Source: Polyangiales bacterium (GTDB lineage: Bacteria; Myxococcota_A; Polyangia; Polyangiales; Ga0077539). From it: a stretch of 64,000 nt of DNA. The DNA is taken from assembly GCA_044229975.1 (NCBI GenBank), contig JBGARZ010000005.1, positions 480,001 through 544,000 of the forward strand. Direction: 5' to 3'. Under the pieces are notes generated by a model, which was not told the origin of the DNA, did not search any database, and was given only the letters and a program-made list of their open reading frames with translations. Every line of letters begins with the position of its first letter. The stretch's first letter is position 1. Shown here piece by piece: positions 22,310 to 32,197 of the stretch. Made by a program: the position numbers and the translations under genes.

Positions 22310-23058
22310 GAGGAGTCCTCGGGGCGGGTGACGGGCGGTTGGCCATGGGCGACGACCCCGCGCGGCGCGACCGCGGGGAGCGTCGGCACGAGCCAGCGGA
22401 AGAGGAGGGTCGCGGCGGCGGCCCCGACGAGCTGCGCAACGACGAAGCCCGGCACGTCGACGGGACGAATGCCCGCGAAGGTGTCGGTGGCCGCACGCGC
22501 CAGCGTCACCGCAGGGTTGGCGAAGGAGGTCGAGGCGGTAAACCAGTACGCCGCCGTGATGTACGCCGCGACGGCGAACGGGACGGCCGACGGGCGCTGG
22601 CGTGCGCAGCCCCAGATCACGGCGAGCAGCCCGAAGGTCGCGACGAACTCGCTCCACATCTGCGCTCCCCCCGCGCGGACGTGCGTCGAGGCGGCGAAGA
22701 GCGGGAGGTCGAACATGCCGTGCGCGGCCGCCACGCCGGCGAAGGCGCCCACCACCTGCGCGAGGATGTAGCTGGGGACGAGGCGCCACGAGAGGCCGCC
22801 TTGCGAGGCTTCCGCCAGCGTGACGACTGGGTTGAAGTGCGCGCCCGACACCGACCCGAAGGTGAGGATGAGCGCGACGAGACCCGCGCCCGTCGCGACC
22901 GTGTTGGCGAGCAGGGCGACGGCGACGTTTCCGCCGGCGAGCCGCTCGGCCATGATGCCAGAGCCGACCACGGTGGCGAGGAGCATCGCGGTGCCGACGG
23001 CCTCGGCGACCAGGCGGCGGGCGGGCGTCGGAGGTGCGGGCCGGGCCGTGTCGCTCAC
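22306..23058 (-). CDS. aqpS: MIP/aquaporin, AqpS-like arsenite channel
   Basis: VVGSGIMAERL, SGAHFNPV, YWFTASTSFANPA; ars context. Confidence 0.88.
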   Translation of the reverse strand: MSDTARPAPPTPARRLVAEAVGTAMLLATVVGSGIMAERLAGGNVAVALLANTVATGAGLVALILTFGSVSGAHFNPVVTLAEASQGGLSWRLVPSYILAQVVGAFAGVAAAHGMFDLPLFAASTHVRAGGAQMWSEFVATFGLLAVIWGCARQRPSAVPFAVAAYITAAYWFTASTSFANPAVTLARAATDTFAGIRPVDVPGFVVAQLVGAAAATLLFRWLVPTLPAVAPRGVVAHGQPPVTRPEDSS

Positions 23059-23525
23059 GGGCAGCTCGTCCCCGGCGCACAGCACGCGGCCGCGCCGCGG
23101 GGGCTCTCGTCGGCGAGCGCGGCGGCGAGCAGTTGGAGCGCCTCTTCGACCGCGGGGTGCCGAGCGACCGGCAGGCGCGCGAGCACGGCCGTGAACACGA
23201 CGCGCTCGTCGCAGCAGAGCGAGTCGAGACGCGCGGCGCCCTTCTTCGAGAGCGCGAAGGCCACCAGGCGGGCGTCTTCCCGGCCGCGCCGACGAGTGAC
23301 GTAGCCGCCCTTCACGAGCCGGGCGAGGTTGCGGCTCGCGGTCGAGAGGTCGATGCCGAGCGCCCTCGCGGCCGCGCCGAGCGTGAGCGGCCCCGCGTCA
23401 CGCAGCGCGCGCAGCGTCTCGAACTGCTGGAGGGTCAGGTCGGCGCAGCAGATCTCGTCGCGCTCCAGGCGGGAGATGCCGCGGGCGACCACGCTCGCGA
23501 GGGCGGCGAAGCGGGCTGGCGTCAC
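23055..23525 (-). CDS. MarR-family regulator with three vicinal Cys pairs
   Basis: LTLQQF..L, STASRNLARLVKGGYV.R...DAR; ICC, LCC, ACC. Confidence 0.88.
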   Translation of the reverse strand: MTPARFAALASVVARGISRLERDEICCADLTLQQFETLRALRDAGPLTLGAAARALGIDLSTASRNLARLVKGGYVTRRRGREDARLVAFALSKKGAARLDSLCCDERVVFTAVLARLPVARHPAVEEALQLLAAALADESPRGAAACCAPGTSCP

Positions 23526-23527
23526 AT

Positions 23528-23561
23528 TGCTTGTATGCTGCAAGTACCAGGGAGCGTCAAG
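23528..23561 (-). promoter_or_regulatory. Putative promoter and operator of the ars operon
   Basis: Minus strand TTGACG-N17-CATACA, overlapped by the imperfect inverted repeat TACTTGCAGCATACAAGCA just before the marR start. Confidence 0.5.
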
Positions 23562-23603
23562 ACTCCGCGAAGCTGCGCAAGTGCTCAAGCCGAGCGGTCG
23601 ACT

Positions 23604-23915
23604 GACGATCGCCGATGTGGAGACCCCGAGGCCGAGGTCTGCCGATGCATCGCCCCCTTCGTCGCTCGCCTCCCATCGCCGTACCGCGAGGCGATCACTC
23701 TCACGGAGCTGGAGGGGCTCACCCAGAAGGAGGCGGCCGCGCTCGTCGGCGCCTCCTCGTCGGCCATGAAGTCTCGCGTCCAACGGGGGCGCGAGCGACT
23801 CCGAGCGATGTTCGTGGCCTGCTGCGACATCGCGCTCGACCCGCGCGGGCGCGTGATGGACTGCACGCCCAGGCGACCCGCGGCGTCATCCGACCCATGC
23901 GCCGGGCGACGGTAG
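23604..23915 (+). pseudogene. sigZ: SigZ-like ECF sigma factor, region 4 remnant only
   Basis: CIAPFVARLPSPYREAITLTELEGLTQKEAA...KSRVQRGR..L...CC; no region 2. Confidence 0.75.
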
Positions 23916-24060
23916 CGCTCGCGCCACCTCCCGCCTGGTCGGCGCCTTTTGGTCGATGAGGGAATGTCGTTGACGTCGGGCGCACCCCGAGACGTCAGCT
24001 CTGCGCCTGAAAGACGCGCCGCGGAGAGACGCGGTACACCCTCTCTCCGAGCACGCCGCC

Positions 24061-24534
24061 GTGACCCCCTACCGCGCACCGCCCGAGAGCCCCGTCGAGC
24101 CCGCCGCCCGCGACCTCGTCGCCCTCGCGTGGCGCCCTCGCACGGCTCCCCGCGACGTCTCGGCCCTCGTCGCCGAAGGCCCCGCCGCCGCCGCCCTCCT
24201 GCATCGTCTGCTCGCGCTGCCCGACGCCTCGCTCGCCGCCCTGCGCGGCGTCGCCGACGACCGCCACGTCCTCATCCTCGGCCCCGCCGCCGCGCTCCCG
24301 TGGATCGATGGCGCCCGCTACCTCGGACGCGCCTCCGACGCCCCCACGCTCACCCTCCCCACGGCGCAAGACCCGACGGTTCCGCTCGGTCTCCTCGCCC
24401 GCCGCGTCGCGTCGCAGGAGCCCGTCGCGCTCTGGCCCGCGCCCGATGGGAGCACCGTCGTGTGCCCGCTCGGTGACGCCCGCCCCCTCGACCGCGCGCG
24501 CCTCGTCGCCGCGCAGACCGCGCTCCGCCGATGA
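24061..24534 (+). CDS. bpX5-like domain protein
   Basis: W.PR..P, LRGVA...LILG....LPWIDGARYLG.....LTLPT...P.VP. Confidence 0.8.
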   Translation: MTPYRAPPESPVEPAARDLVALAWRPRTAPRDVSALVAEGPAAAALLHRLLALPDASLAALRGVADDRHVLILGPAAALPWIDGARYLGRASDAPTLTLPTAQDPTVPLGLLARRVASQEPVALWPAPDGSTVVCPLGDARPLDRARLVAAQTALRR

Positions 24535-26291
24535 GCCCGCCGCTCACCCGCGACGAGACCTTCGCGCCGGTGCTGGGTCTGCTCCCGCCCGAGATCGCCC
24601 GCTCGCTCGGCCCGTGGATCGACCAGCTCGCCGCCGCCATCGGACCGCTCCGCGCCCGCGCCCGCACCGGCAGCGGCGCGCCCGATGGCTTCGACGGCCT
24701 GAGCCTGCGCGGGCCCTACGAGCGACTCGTGCTCACCGAGTGGGCCATCGCCGACGTGGCGCCCGAGGAGTTCTTGCGGCGGGCGGCCCAGCACGAGCAC
24801 CCGTTCTATCAACTGGCGCGGCGCGACGAGGCCCGTGCCCGTACCTCCGTCGCGCTCTTCGACCCTGGGCCCATGCAGCTCGGTGGTCCGCGCGTCGGGC
24901 AGTTCGCGCTGCTGCTCGCGCTCGCCGGTCGGGCCCGTCAGGCCGGCGCGCGCTTCGGGTGGTCGGTGCTCCAGCGGGCGCCCGATGCGACCGACCCCAA
25001 CGCGGGCCTGCGGCTCAGCCTCAACGAGAAAGACCTCCGCGCGTTTCTCCTCGGTCGACTCGCCACGTCGCCCACCGAGCGCGACCTCCAGCCGTGGCTC
25101 GACCTCGCCCGCCGCGACGACTGGGAAGACCTCTGGATCATCGGTCCGCCCGACACCATCGCGCCTGGCCGGCGACTGCCCGGCGTGAAGACCCCCGTCG
25201 GTCGCATCACCCTCTCCGACGTCTTCGAAGCAGACACCCGTGCCCTCGACGTCACCGTCGCCCGCGGCGCCCACCGCCGAACGCTCCGCCTCCCGCTCCC
25301 GTCCGAAAACGAGTGTCTGCGACTCGTTCGTGATGGCGCGCTCGCCCCGAAGCCTCCGCCGCCCACGCGGATGACCCGCACCGCGGGCATCGCTCGTCCC
25401 GCGAGCACGCCGGTGCTCCTCGCCGACGGACGCAAGGTCGCCTTCGTCGACGCCGATGGATGCGTGACGGTCTACACCGTCCCCGATGCGTCGAGCGCGA
25501 AGCGCGGGCGGTACCGGCGCTTCAGCGTCGACGCCGGGCACACGGTGCTGGGCCTCGGATGGACGCGCCGACAGCTCGTGCTGCTCACCGAGAAGGACGC
25601 CGTGCTGCACCTGCAGGACGTCTCCAGCGCGATCTTCCCCAGCGGCAGGTCGCGTCGACCGTCCGTGTCCGGCCCGTGGACCCCGGAGCTGCGCCCGACC
25701 CACCTCGCCCGCGTCGAGCTCGCCGGCGACGCCGCGCTCTTCCTCGACGCGAGCCACCGCCTCATCGTGCTCACCCCCGACAACGCCGTCGCCTGGTACG
25801 ACGGCGTGCGCGCGATGGCGACCATCAACGGCAGCGTGCGGGTGCTCCTCGCGTCCGACGCCGTCGCCCACGTCAACACCCTGCTGCCCGACGTGGTCTT
25901 CACGCCCATCACCGGCGTCGAGGGTCGGGTCGCCGCCACGTTCTCGGTGAAGATCGCCCACCTCCAGCGCCTCGCGAGCGGCGAGTGGCACGTCCCGCAG
26001 TTCGGCGGCAGCGCCCACTTCGTCCGCGCGCCCGACGGCGCCTCCGTGCTCGGAGTCGCCGAGACCTCTGGCCCCTCCATCGGGCTGCTCTGCCTCGACG
26101 CCGACCAGCGCACCGTGCTCGCCGTCACCGCGAGCGCGACGTCTACGTTGTTGACGCTCGACCGCGACGCCCGCCACGCCGTCGCCTCGCCCCGCGGCGA
26201 CCGCGTCGCCTTCCTCCTCGACGACGACACCATCGAGGTGTGGTCGCCGCACGCCCACGATTGCCTCCTCCACGTGGCGGTGCCGAGGTGA
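24531..26291 (+). CDS. Degenerate vWA plus beta-propeller component of the ternary system
   Basis: PDGFDGL..RGPYERL..EW, EFLRRA, VALFD.GP.QLG.PR; beta-rich C-terminus. Confidence 0.8.
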   Translation: MSPPLTRDETFAPVLGLLPPEIARSLGPWIDQLAAAIGPLRARARTGSGAPDGFDGLSLRGPYERLVLTEWAIADVAPEEFLRRAAQHEHPFYQLARRDEARARTSVALFDPGPMQLGGPRVGQFALLLALAGRARQAGARFGWSVLQRAPDATDPNAGLRLSLNEKDLRAFLLGRLATSPTERDLQPWLDLARRDDWEDLWIIGPPDTIAPGRRLPGVKTPVGRITLSDVFEADTRALDVTVARGAHRRTLRLPLPSENECLRLVRDGALAPKPPPPTRMTRTAGIARPASTPVLLADGRKVAFVDADGCVTVYTVPDASSAKRGRYRRFSVDAGHTVLGLGWTRRQLVLLTEKDAVLHLQDVSSAIFPSGRSRRPSVSGPWTPELRPTHLARVELAGDAALFLDASHRLIVLTPDNAVAWYDGVRAMATINGSVRVLLASDAVAHVNTLLPDVVFTPITGVEGRVAATFSVKIAHLQRLASGEWHVPQFGGSAHFVRAPDGASVLGVAETSGPSIGLLCLDADQRTVLAVTASATSTLLTLDRDARHAVASPRGDRVAFLLDDDTIEVWSPHAHDCLLHVAVPR

Positions 26292-29038
26292 CCGCCCCCC
26301 TCCGCCCGCGTCGCCTCGCCCATCGCGGGGTCGTCGACGCCGTCGGCCTGCTCGTCGATCGCACCGACGAGGCCATCGCCCGCGCCCGCGTGCTCGCCCG
26401 CTGGTCCCCCGGCACCACCGTGTACGCGCTCGGCGCGCAGTACGCCGTGATGTTCGGCACCGCGCGCCGGGTGCCCGCCGCGCCCTGCGAGGGAGCCGCC
26501 CTCGTGCGCTGCGCCGGAAGCGCCGCCGTCACCCTCTGCTCCACCGCTCCCCTCTCGCGCGCCGAGGTCGACCGCCTCGTCCAGGCGGGCGCCCGCGCCG
26601 ACCACCTCGTCCTCGCCCGCGGCGGCTGCGCCGAGCCCGTCGCCCTCGACCCCGCCAGCCTCGTCGACCCCTCCGCCTGGATCGACCTCGGACCGATGCT
26701 CCGCCTCGACGTCGCCTCGCTCGGCGCGCCTCCCGTCGTGGTCGTCGTCGCACCGTCCACCGACGCGCCCACGCTGCGCCCCGAGGGGACCGCCTCCATG
26801 GCCGCCGCCCTCTCCCGCGCGCTCGGAGCCCTCGTCGCACGCGGCGCCGTCACGCCCGAAGCAGCCGCGCTCGTCTCCGCCACGGTCACGGCCACCACCA
26901 CGGTCGCGCCCACGCCACGGCCCGCCCGCGGCCTTTCAGCGTGGTGGGGCGCGCTCACCCGACTGCTCGATGACGACCCTGCGCCCGACCCCTCCGTGCG
27001 CGCGCTGCCGCCCGTCGAAGGGAGCGCTCCGACCGCCGCCGCACCCCCGCGAGGCTGGTGGTCGCGCCTCCGCGGATGGCTCCGCGAGAAGCTGGTGCGC
27101 TCGCAGGTGCAGCGCGCGCTCGGCGCCGATCAGGCCGGCTACCTCGATCGCATGATCGAGATGTTTCGCCAGGGCGACCTCGACGCGGCGCTGCGCCACG
27201 CGATTCCCCTCGGCGGCCCGCGCGCACCCGACGCGCCGCACCAACCGCTCACCTGGGAGACACCGAGGGCGCGCGACGCGCTCGCGATCCAGCTCGCGCC
27301 GACGACGCACGCCACCGCCACCGGGGGCGACTCGCTGCACGCGCTGCTGCGGATGCTCTACCGCGACGCCGCGAAGGCGCTCGAAGCGGAGGGGCGCATC
27401 GACGAGGCCGCGTTCACGCTCGCCGAGCTCTTGCGCGAGCCCGGTGAGGCCGTCGCCCTCCTCGAACGCCACGGTCGCCTCCGCCTCGCCGCCGAGCTCG
27501 CCGAGACCGCCCGCCTCGCGCCCGAGCTCCGCACCCGCCAATGGCTGCTCGCGGGTGACCCGTCGCGCGCCCTGGCTGTCATGCGCCTGCATGGATCCTT
27601 CGCGGCGGTGCTCACGTCGCTGAAGGACAACCCCACCGGGGTCGACGCGCTGCGCACGCTCTGGTCGCGTCACCTCGCCTCGGTGGGCGACCTCGCCGCC
27701 GCGGTGCAGGTCGGCGCACCCGTCGCGGCGCTCGCCGACGAGGTCGACGCCTGGGGCAGCGCGCTCCTCGCCCTCGGCGGAACGGCCGCCCACCGCGTCC
27801 TCGCCCGCCGCTTGTCGCAGCACCCCGAGCGCTTCGCGGCGCTGCGCTCGCACCTCGATGCCATGGCCGACGCCGACGGCCCCGAAGCCCTCAGCCAACG
27901 GGCGAACTTCGCGGCGTTGGCCGTCGCCGAGCCGTGGAGCGAGGGCCTCGCGCTCGCCGCCCGCCTGCTCGTTCGCCCGCAGTGCCGCGACGCCGCGCGC
28001 ACCAACGACCCGGCCGACCTCCAGGCGTTGCAGACGCTGCTCAACCTCGCGCGTGACCCGGTGTTGCGGGCGGACGTTCCGACGTGGCCCACCTTCGCGC
28101 GCATGCCGCTCGCATCGCGCCCGGAACCCTGGCGCCACACCATCGACGCCGCCGACACCGGACCCACCGCGCTGTACGACGCGGTCTTCGCGCGAGCGCA
28201 GGGGACGATGCTGCTGGCGCTGGGCGAGAGCGGCGCCTCGCTGCGCGACCGCGACGGCCGTGAGCGCGCCCGCTACGACGCCCCGACGCATGCGATCGTG
28301 TGGTCCGACCACGGCGACCGCGCGCTGCTGCTCGGGGCGCGGGGCGCGGGCTGGATGCTGTCGCGGCTCGACCTGCTCGCGGGCCGTTGCACCGCGTGGG
28401 GCGAGTGCACCCTCGACGCCTTCGCGAGCGACTACGACGGCGACGGCTGGCTCGTCGGGCAGCGCGGCGAGGTGCTGCTGCTCGACGCGACGGCCCCCGA
28501 CCTGCGCGCGCTACCGGGCCCCGGTCGCGTCCCGCAGACCTCCCACACGCGGGTGCACTGCGTGGCCCGCGACGCGACGGGCGCGGCCGCGGTGAGGGCG
28601 CTCACGCAGGTCGAGCGCTGGCGGTGGCGGCTGCCGGGTTGGGCCCTGCTGGAGCGCCTGCTCGAAGCGCCGGGCGCGGTGGCGGTGGCGGTGGATGCGA
28701 CGGGCGTGGTGGCGCGACGGCACGGGGCGGGGCTGTACTCCATCGACCGCGGGGCGTCGCAGCCGCTGGTCCAGTTTGCGTTCGAGGCGGAGACCACCGC
28801 GCGCGTCGCCCACCTCGCGCCGCCGTGGGTGGTGTTCGTGGAGAGCGTGGCGGGCGTGGTGACGGTGGCGCTGTGGCACCTGACGGCGAGCCGTCGGCTG
28901 GTGGAGCTTCGGCTGGAGGGCTCCGGTGCCGCCCACGGCCGGGTGGTCGATGAAGTGCTCACGGTGTGCGACGACCGCGGAAGGGCGTTGGCCGTCGACC
29001 TGCGTTCGGGTACGCTGCTGCGCGACCTCAGGGTGTGA
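26288..29038 (+). CDS. bpX6-domain protein with TPR-like and beta-propeller regions
   Basis: RPRR..RG...ARARVLARW.PG; YL.RM..MF..GDL..ALRHAIPLGG; IDEAAF.LAELL. Confidence 0.8.
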   Translation: MTAPLRPRRLAHRGVVDAVGLLVDRTDEAIARARVLARWSPGTTVYALGAQYAVMFGTARRVPAAPCEGAALVRCAGSAAVTLCSTAPLSRAEVDRLVQAGARADHLVLARGGCAEPVALDPASLVDPSAWIDLGPMLRLDVASLGAPPVVVVVAPSTDAPTLRPEGTASMAAALSRALGALVARGAVTPEAAALVSATVTATTTVAPTPRPARGLSAWWGALTRLLDDDPAPDPSVRALPPVEGSAPTAAAPPRGWWSRLRGWLREKLVRSQVQRALGADQAGYLDRMIEMFRQGDLDAALRHAIPLGGPRAPDAPHQPLTWETPRARDALAIQLAPTTHATATGGDSLHALLRMLYRDAAKALEAEGRIDEAAFTLAELLREPGEAVALLERHGRLRLAAELAETARLAPELRTRQWLLAGDPSRALAVMRLHGSFAAVLTSLKDNPTGVDALRTLWSRHLASVGDLAAAVQVGAPVAALADEVDAWGSALLALGGTAAHRVLARRLSQHPERFAALRSHLDAMADADGPEALSQRANFAALAVAEPWSEGLALAARLLVRPQCRDAARTNDPADLQALQTLLNLARDPVLRADVPTWPTFARMPLASRPEPWRHTIDAADTGPTALYDAVFARAQGTMLLALGESGASLRDRDGRERARYDAPTHAIVWSDHGDRALLLGARGAGWMLSRLDLLAGRCTAWGECTLDAFASDYDGDGWLVGQRGEVLLLDATAPDLRALPGPGRVPQTSHTRVHCVARDATGAAAVRALTQVERWRWRLPGWALLERLLEAPGAVAVAVDATGVVARRHGAGLYSIDRGASQPLVQFAFEAETTARVAHLAPPWVVFVESVAGVVTVALWHLTASRRLVELRLEGSGAAHGRVVDEVLTVCDDRGRALAVDLRSGTLLRDLRV

Positions 29039-29074
29039 GCGGCAATGCCGCGTGTTTGTAGCAGTGGAGAGGCG

Positions 29075-29428
29075 ATGTCGAAGGAGTGGCGGTTGACGCG
29101 GGGCGGTGAACTGCTGGCGGTGCTGCGCCCCGACGGCCAGTCGCTGATGACCGACCAGCAGGCGGCGGAGGGCACCTACGAGACGGCGCCGGCGTTCGAG
29201 CCGCTGCGGCACCTGTTCGAGCGCGAGTGCGCGCTGCTGGACGTCGACAGCGAAGAAGAGAACGACGAGTGGGCGGACATCTGGGAAGAGCTGTGCGCCC
29301 CGGGCTTGTTCGTCGAGTCGCCCGACGGCCTGTCGCGCATCGACGTGCTGTGGGTCCACTTCAAGAACGGCCGCGCCTGGTGGTTTCCGCTCATGCGCAG
29401 CCCGAAGACCGTCATCCGCGAGGCGTAG
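29075..29428 (+). CDS. Small acidic hypothetical protein
   Basis: GGAGAGG RBS; Trp/Glu-rich, 117 aa. Confidence 0.7.
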   Translation: MSKEWRLTRGGELLAVLRPDGQSLMTDQQAAEGTYETAPAFEPLRHLFERECALLDVDSEEENDEWADIWEELCAPGLFVESPDGLSRIDVLWVHFKNGRAWWFPLMRSPKTVIREA

Positions 29429-29462
29429 GCCCGCGCGTCCCTCCGCGAGAGCCCGCACTCCG

Positions 29463-29654
29463 ATGCCCATGACGGTACAGATGCTCGCCGCGGGGCTCTT
29501 CGCGGGCCTCGCGCTGCTCGGGCTCGGCACCGCCATCGGCAACCAGCGCTCGACCCATGACGCCGGGCTGAGCCCCTTCGCGATGCTCATCAAGGCCGCC
29601 GGCCTCGCGACGCTGACGCTCACCCTCTACCACTACGGCCGCACCCACTGGTGA
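29463..29654 (+). CDS. Small two-TM protein
   Basis: Two hydrophobic helices, 63 aa. Confidence 0.55.
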   Translation: MPMTVQMLAAGLFAGLALLGLGTAIGNQRSTHDAGLSPFAMLIKAAGLATLTLTLYHYGRTHW

Positions 29655-29675
29655 CCGCGGGTCCGCCGCGCTCGC

Positions 29676-30686
29676 TCAAAACACCCCGCTGCAGCTCACC
29701 CCCGACGTCCCCACGCCGCAGCGAAACGCGCCCGCCCGCGCGCGCTCTTCCCCGGAGGGTGACGTCGCGAAGAGCACCACCGACGTGATCGCCAGCGCAC
29801 CACCCGCCACGAAGCCCGCCACCGCGAGCGGGCGCATCGCCTCCACCTCCGCGAGGTAGCCCGCGCACACGGTCGGCTGCACCGTCGCGTTGGTTCCGGG
29901 GCACACCGGGTCGCGTCGCGTGTCGTAGTCCGAGACCGCGCCCACCAGTTGCGTCGTGGCAAACACCCCGGCGCCCAGACCCGCCGCGCCCACGGCCAGC
30001 GACGTCCACGCCAGCACCCGCCGCGCGCCGCTCTCCCTCGACGGACCCGCGGTCGGTGTCTGCATCACCGTCGTCACGGGCACCACGACCGGCGTCGCTA
30101 CCGGCGTCGCGGGCACCACCACGGGAGCGGGCTCCCGCACCATCGCGAAGGTCTCGCGCGCCTCCGCCCCCGGCTCGACCTGCACCCGCCGGGTCATCGT
30201 CACATAGCCCGGCGCGCGCACCTCGATGAGGTTGGTTCCGCTCGCAACCGACGCTGCGACGGACATCGGCAGCGCCCCGATGCGCTGCTCGTTGGCGAAC
30301 ACCTCGGCCCCCGCCACCGCACCAAACACCAGCACCCGCCCGAGGTGCGCGCCCACCTGCCGCCGCGCCTCCGCGAGCGACGCCCGGTTGCGCGCGATCC
30401 ACGGATCACCCGACGCGCGCTGCGCCTCCTCCAGGTGACGATCGGCGTCGAGCCAGCGCCCCATGGCCTGCTCGGCGAGCCCTACCTGGGCCAGCACCCG
30501 CGGTTCGCGCGACAGCCCGAGCGCCCGCTGCAACACCGCCAGCGCTGCGTCGTCCCGCGCCTGCTGCCGCAACACCACCGCCTGGCGCACCAGCGCGTCG
30601 ACCTCGGTCGCCGACTGCGCGCACGCCCCGCGCGCGACGAGCGTCACCAACGCCGCCGCGACGGCGCCCTTCCATCCACCACGCAT
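29676..30686 (-). CDS. TPR + PEGA domain exported protein
   Basis: Signal peptide, TPR, GAEVFANE..IG.LP..G...IEVRAPGY, C-terminal hydrophobic hairpin. Confidence 0.85.
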   Translation of the reverse strand: MRGGWKGAVAAALVTLVARGACAQSATEVDALVRQAVVLRQQARDDAALAVLQRALGLSREPRVLAQVGLAEQAMGRWLDADRHLEEAQRASGDPWIARNRASLAEARRQVGAHLGRVLVFGAVAGAEVFANEQRIGALPMSVAASVASGTNLIEVRAPGYVTMTRRVQVEPGAEARETFAMVREPAPVVVPATPVATPVVVPVTTVMQTPTAGPSRESGARRVLAWTSLAVGAAGLGAGVFATTQLVGAVSDYDTRRDPVCPGTNATVQPTVCAGYLAEVEAMRPLAVAGFVAGGALAITSVVLFATSPSGEERARAGAFRCGVGTSGVSCSGVF

Positions 30687-30889
30687 TGGACTCTCTCCCG
30701 CTCTCTTTGACGACGCCTGGTACTGCTCCACAGGGACCACGAACGGTTGGCGGAAGGCCGCAAGGGCGCAGGGGTCGCAAGCGAAGAGCCGTTCGAGCGA
30801 CAGACCGTCACCTCGCCCCTCCTCTGATCCTTGCGATCCTTGCGTCCTTGCGTCCTTCCCCAACCCTCCCAATGCCCCGTGGGATGGTT

Positions 30890-32197
30890 CTAGGGCGCCA
30901 GGATCAACGCCCCGTTGGACGACCTTCCCACCACCGCCGACGAAGCCACCGCCTGCGCTCGCGCCGCGATCGCGGGACGAGCCACCGCCCGCGGTCGCAC
31001 CGTGGACGCGACCCTCACCGGGCGAACCGCCACCACCACCGCAGGCGCCACCACCGCGACGCGCTCGGGCACCGCCACCACCGCCGCTGCGACGACCGGC
31101 GACGTGACGACGGCCGCGGGCCGCGCGTGCGCCGTGCTCTGCCGCGAGGCGAGCGCGAAGACCACCGCGCACATCACCGCGAGCCCCGACGCCATCGCGG
31201 CCCACGGAGCGCGCCGCGGACGGGCGACGGGCGGCGGCGTCGCGGCCCAGTGCATCGGCGTCAGGGTCATCGCGGGCTCGTCGTCGCGCGCTGGCAACGG
31301 CATCGGCGGCGGCAACGACTCGCCCTCCAGCGGGCACGCCATCAACGCATCGAGGAAGGACTCCATCGAGTCGAAGCGATCGTCGCGCCGCGGCGACAGC
31401 GCCCGATGAACCGCCTCCACCAGCGCCGACGGCAGCTCGGGGGCGAGTGAATCGAGGCGAGGCGCCCGCTCGGTGCAGACCTTGATGATGAGGAGGTTGT
31501 AGTTGTCGGCGTCGAAGGCGAGCGACCCCGAGAGCATCTCGTAGAGCACTGCGCCGACGGCCCACACATCGCTGCGCCCATCGAGGTCGGCGTCGCCGCG
31601 CGCCTGCTCCGGGGACATGTAGTAGGGCGTTCCGAGCGTGGTGCCCGCGAGCGTGCGGCGGGTGGAGGGCTGGTCGAGCAGCTTCGATACGCCGAAGTCG
31701 ATGACCTTCGGGCACGGCGCCCCAGTGGTGTCGCGAGCGATGAGGATGTTCTCGGGCTTCACGTCGCGGTGCACCACGCCCGCGCGATGGGCAGCCGCGA
31801 GGGCGCGCATCACCGGGGCCATCAGCGCCACCGCACGACGCGGAGACACCCGACCGGCCTCGTCCATCACCGCGCGCAGGTCTGCCCCCTCGATAAATTC
31901 CTGAACGATATAGAACGCCCCCTCCCCATCGCCCTGCCCCAGGTCGATCACCTCCACGATGTTGGGGTGCACCACCCGCGACGCGACCTGCGCTTCTTGA
32001 ATGAACCTCCCCAGCACGCCGGGCTTCGCCGCGAAGGCCGGGTGCAGCACCTTGATGGCCACGCGCCGACCCGTCCACGCGTTGCGCGACTCGTACACGG
32101 CGCCCATGCCGCCCGTGCCGACGAGGCGTTGCAGCTCGTACTTCTGGCCGAGCGTCGTCCCCACGCGCGACTGCGCGGCGGTGTGTTCAGCGTCCAT
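30890..32197 (-). CDS. Transmembrane Ser/Thr protein kinase
   Basis: GTGGMGAVY, HRDVKPEN, DFG, GTPYYMSPEQ. Confidence 0.93.
   Translation of the reverse strand: MDAEHTAAQSRVGTTLGQKYELQRLVGTGGMGAVYESRNAWTGRRVAIKVLHPAFAAKPGVLGRFIQEAQVASRVVHPNIVEVIDLGQGDGEGAFYIVQEFIEGADLRAVMDEAGRVSPRRAVALMAPVMRALAAAHRAGVVHRDVKPENILIARDTTGAPCPKVIDFGVSKLLDQPSTRRTLAGTTLGTPYYMSPEQARGDADLDGRSDVWAVGAVLYEMLSGSLAFDADNYNLLIIKVCTERAPRLDSLAPELPSALVEAVHRALSPRRDDRFDSMESFLDALMACPLEGESLPPPMPLPARDDEPAMTLTPMHWAATPPPVARPRRAPWAAMASGLAVMCAVVFALASRQSTAHARPAAVVTSPVVAAAVVAVPERVAVVAPAVVVAVRPVRVASTVRPRAVARPAIAARAQAVASSAVVGRSSNGALILAP

Noticed and set aside
19905..24070. Target-site duplication or att sites for the ars islet
   Set aside because: Only a 5-bp TGACC is shared at both ends, which is expected by chance; no integrase or tRNA
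30826..30857. Tandem (GA/G)TCCTTGC x3-4 microrepeat
   Set aside because: Too short and degenerate to support a function
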